Shown piece after piece: positions 56,293 through 59,209 of a stretch of 59,209 nucleotides of DNA. The stretch is from Coleofasciculus chthonoplastes F2-STO-03. Lineage in GTDB: Bacteria; Cyanobacteriota; Cyanobacteriia; Cyanobacteriales; Coleofasciculaceae. Location of the stretch: NCBI GenBank assembly GCA_040222015.1, contig JAVJWO010000017.1, positions 1 through 59,209 of the forward strand, in the 5' to 3' direction. The notes under the pieces are model-generated. The model was not told the origin of the DNA. It saw nothing but the letters and a program-made list of their open reading frames with translations, and did no database searches. The number at the start of each line of letters is the position of its first letter. Positions within the stretch are counted from its first letter, which is position 1. The position numbers were made by a program, and so were the translations under genes.

Positions 56293-56739
56293 ATGCGCGT
56301 TATTATCCAGCGAGTTAAATCATCTCAAGTAACAATTAACGGTGAAGTCGTTGGCAAAATTGGTCAAGGACTAAATTTGCTAGTGGGGATTGCAGATAGC
56401 GATACGGAAGCTGAACTGGATTGGATGGCGCGAAAATGCTTAGATTTGCGGTTATTTCCGGGAACCGATAGCAATAGCGATCGCTGGGAACAGTCGGTTC
56501 AGGAAATTGGCGGCGAATTGTTGGTGGTAAGTCAGTTTACCTTGTATGGCGATTGTCGTAAAGGACGTCGCCCTTCTTTTTCGCGATCGGCGAATCCCGA
56601 ACAAGCGGAACAGCTTTATCAGCAGTTTGTAGAAAAGCTGCGTCAAAGTGGGTTACGAGTGGAAACGGGCGTATTTGGGGCGATGATGCAAGTCTCGATT
56701 GAAAATGATGGACCCGTGACACTGCTGCTAGAGCGGTAG
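56293..56739 (+). CDS. dtd: D-aminoacyl-tRNA deacylase
   Basis: [20 protein letters not shown] and NDGPVT motifs. Start placed at ATG 56293. Confidence 0.97.
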   Translation: MRVIIQRVKSSQVTINGEVVGKIGQGLNLLVGIADSDTEAELDWMARKCLDLRLFPGTDSNSDRWEQSVQEIGGELLVVSQFTLYGDCRKGRRPSFSRSANPEQAEQLYQQFVEKLRQSGLRVETGVFGAMMQVSIENDGPVTLLLER

Positions 56740-56790
56740 AATTAATGAAATCTTGGTAGTGTGAGCATCTTACTCGCTACTAATACCAAT

Positions 56791-56879
56791 AGGGCTTCCG
56801 CAAAGGCTATATATGTAGGGTGTGTTAGCGTAGCGTAACGCACCTGAACCAATATATATGGTGTGGCTGCGTAAGTCCT
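56791..56879. mobile_element. MITE-like element with AGGACTTACGCA-type ends and internal REP hairpin
   Basis: AGGGCTTCCGCA / TGCGTAAGTCCT (10/12 complementary); the same end recurs at 58897-58908. Confidence 0.55.
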
Positions 56880-56903
56880 GACCAACTCTAAATGCATCAC
56901 AGT

Positions 56904-58244
56904 TTAGCGCCATTCAGAGGATTTCTTTGAACGTAATAGTTCACCAAGTTTAATCACGATCGCGGTGAATATCGCCACCCATACTCCGGTAAAGATACTA
57001 ACATTGAGGCTAACGACAAAATTAGCTTGAGGTTTGCTGAGTTGCCAGTGAGTAATGTAAGCGTTGACTAGGGGTAATTCTGTAATCATTTCTAAATCAG
57101 GAACAGAGGCTAAAATTGATGCAGTACCTAAGCCAACACCGACAATAGCAATATTATTTTGGAAGTTGCGATCGCGCTGCGCTTGTTCTATCTCGACAAT
57201 TCCCCGCACGGTATCAGTTAGCCCTTGTAATGTGCCTAAACTGGGGGTTAAGCTGGCGATGTCTTGTTCCAGTTGCGGTTGATAGTGTTTCTCAACGGTT
57301 TGACTAAAGGCGTTGAGAAAGGTTAGGTCAGTTGTGCCAAGTTTTGTTGCTTGGGTTTCGATCAAGTTCAAATAACTTTGATAGTTATAGAGATTGGTGA
57401 TAATCGTTTGCTGTTGATTGGCTAATAGGTTAAGTTTTTGACTGTAGCGGAACAGGATATGGCGGTTATTATTTAAGTCGCGTTTCAGTTTATCTAAGTC
57501 GTAGCAACCTGGAGTGGGAAAGCTAGGGATAATTTGATTAAACTCGTCCTGAAGTTCTTGTTTCAGTTGGCGGCTGTAGGTGTAAGCGTACCAAATTTTA
57601 TGGCGATAGCAGAGTAAATGTAGCCAATATCGATAAAATTTTCCTGCTGCTTCCATTTGGTTGTCATTGGTATAGAAAATAATCAGAGTATGACTATTGG
57701 CTGTGGGTTTATCCGAGAGTTGAGCCGAACGCCAGACTTCAAATACTGTTGCGCCCATAAATTGCCCAATTCGTTGATGATCCCACTCTTGACCCACTAA
57801 AGTTTTGTACAGGGTTTGGGCGAGGTTTTCGAGTTCATCGTCCTGGCTAGAAGATACCCAACCGGAAATCATCCAGGTTTGTCCTAGCGTTAAGTCTGTG
57901 GTGGGAAAATCTGGGGTTAGGGTTTTGAGTTGGCTAAGATAATTGACAGAGTTTTTTGTATCTTTGGGGTTAGCGGAACGGTCAAAGACAAAGGCTTGAG
58001 TATCACCTAAGTTAAAAGATTGATAGTTTCCATCGACGGGGTAATCGTCTAGTTTACCACTAAAGTTTAGTTTATCCTCTGATGGTTTTAGAGCATAAAC
58101 ATCATGGAGAGAGGAGTTGACATAATCTGGTAGTTGTTGCCAAAACTGCTGATATTCTTTTAGGCTATTGCTGGAATCAAAACCTAATCCCTTGATCAGC
58201 GTATAGGCAAATAAGTCAAGGGTTAGATAGCTGTAATTAATCAT
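56904..58244 (-). CDS. hypothetical protein with coiled-coil and two C-terminal TM helices (CorA-like topology)
   Basis: Long helical region, then QRDRNFQNNIAIVGVGLG and a second TM helix; overlaps the upstream ORF by 8 bp. Confidence 0.7.
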   Translation of the reverse strand: MINYSYLTLDLFAYTLIKGLGFDSSNSLKEYQQFWQQLPDYVNSSLHDVYALKPSEDKLNFSGKLDDYPVDGNYQSFNLGDTQAFVFDRSANPKDTKNSVNYLSQLKTLTPDFPTTDLTLGQTWMISGWVSSSQDDELENLAQTLYKTLVGQEWDHQRIGQFMGATVFEVWRSAQLSDKPTANSHTLIIFYTNDNQMEAAGKFYRYWLHLLCYRHKIWYAYTYSRQLKQELQDEFNQIIPSFPTPGCYDLDKLKRDLNNNRHILFRYSQKLNLLANQQQTIITNLYNYQSYLNLIETQATKLGTTDLTFLNAFSQTVEKHYQPQLEQDIASLTPSLGTLQGLTDTVRGIVEIEQAQRDRNFQNNIAIVGVGLGTASILASVPDLEMITELPLVNAYITHWQLSKPQANFVVSLNVSIFTGVWVAIFTAIVIKLGELLRSKKSSEWR

Positions 58245-58662
58245 TGTTTTTCTGCCGAGACAACCGAGGAAAGAGGGATTTTAATTTAGATAATAGTTTT
58301 TGGGAGTCTTTCTCCGGTTCGGACGATTGTAGACTCACCGCCATTAGGTTTTCTAGAGTTTCGGGTTGAGGTTCGTCTGAGGGATTGGGTTCATCGAAAG
58401 ACATCCATCGATTTAGTTCTTCGGGTTCATATTGACGTTGAATCTCCAGACGGGTTTGTTCGTAAGTCGGTTTAATAGTCTCATGTTCGGCTAACTCCAA
58501 CAGGCGATTGACGGCGGATGTGGGGTTTTCGGTAAATAGGTGTCCGACTTCGTTAATTTGGTGTTTTAAGTCGGGTGGGAGAGGTTTAGTTTGTTGAGTT
58601 AAGGCTTCCAGGAAGGCGTAAATGGTAACTACTTCTAAGCTATTGATAGACGATTTCATCAC
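58237..58662 (-). CDS. hypothetical protein
   Basis: 141-aa ORF translationally coupled to 56904-58244. Confidence 0.65.
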   Translation of the reverse strand: MMKSSINSLEVVTIYAFLEALTQQTKPLPPDLKHQINEVGHLFTENPTSAVNRLLELAEHETIKPTYEQTRLEIQRQYEPEELNRWMSFDEPNPSDEPQPETLENLMAVSLQSSEPEKDSQKLLSKLKSLFPRLSRQKNND

Positions 58663-58896
58663 AAAGCGTATTATAGGGTGAGATTTGGGTTGAGTTTTCT
58701 GCGGCGTTTTTCTGGGCGCAAGGCTTGCGCCCCTACGATAATTATATAAGAATGGCGTGTCAATTCATTGTAGTGCTAGCATCTTTATCGCTACCCATTC
58801 CCAGTTTAAATGGGTGACAGCTTGTTAGTTAAAACTCAGATATTGCACCATGCTCAATAAGGCAAATTGTAGTAGTATTGCACACCGAATTGGGTT

Positions 58897-59209
58897 AGGA
58901 CTTACGCACAAACGCCATGTATGGTAGGGACACGATATTATCGTGCCCTTACAGCTTCAGCCAGAAACCCCTCACCCCCAGCCCCTCTCCCACTCTGGGG
59001 AGAGGGGAGCAAGAAAGGTGTTATATTGCAGGCGTAGCTACCTACCTTTTTTATCATTAATTGTTCTAATTCCCCTTCTCCAATGAAACAAAAGCGAAGC
59101 ATCCTCTGTCATCCCCCCTCGCCAAAAAAGCGAAGCATCCTTAGTCCTCCCCCCTCTTGTAGGGGGGAATGAGGGGGGTAGGGGGGAACGAGGGGGGTGG
59201 GAGAAGGGG
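58897..59209. repeat. cluster of palindromic/REP-like and G/C-tract repeats
   Basis: GTAGGGACACGAT..ATCGTGCCCTTAC; CCCCTCTCCC..GGGAGAGGGG (inverted relative at 56078-56118); AAAAGCGAAGCATCCT twice. Confidence 0.75.

Overview
This is a chromosomal window from a filamentous cyanobacterium. Evidence: frequent HIP1 octamers (GCGATCGC), the apcEABC phycobilisome core genes, cyaC, sigF, pex, ndhV, PEP-CTERM genes, and dense REP-like and STRR-type repeats. The repeat style suggests an Oscillatoriales/Coleofasciculus-like organism, which is an inference. The backbone is housekeeping: serS-rseP-nth-rpsN, aat, clpB, moaD, ftsW, dtd and apcE-apcA-apcB-apcC. Accessory material includes (i) the end of a WD40-TPR gene whose repeats are nearly identical at DNA level; (ii) an AvaI/BsoBI-type restriction-modification locus with an intact methyltransferase and an endonuclease broken by two micro-duplications; (iii) an island at about 20.8-31.1 kb containing a two-gene cassette bounded by 21-bp direct repeats, PEP-CTERM genes, a Cache-HAMP-PP2C sensor, a duplicated 120-bp non-coding dyad element and a linker-gene-linker-gene-linker array of Uma2 nucleases; and (iv) a decayed DUF433/DUF5615 toxin-antitoxin pair. 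The most interesting unexplained signals are non-coding: REP-bounded gene cassettes, MITE shells carrying REP hairpins, strand-polarised short tandem repeats and a candidate structured RNA between pex and ccb1. I saw no rRNA, tRNA, CRISPR array, transposase, integrase or reverse transcriptase. Family calls come from motif recognition by eye, not database searches.
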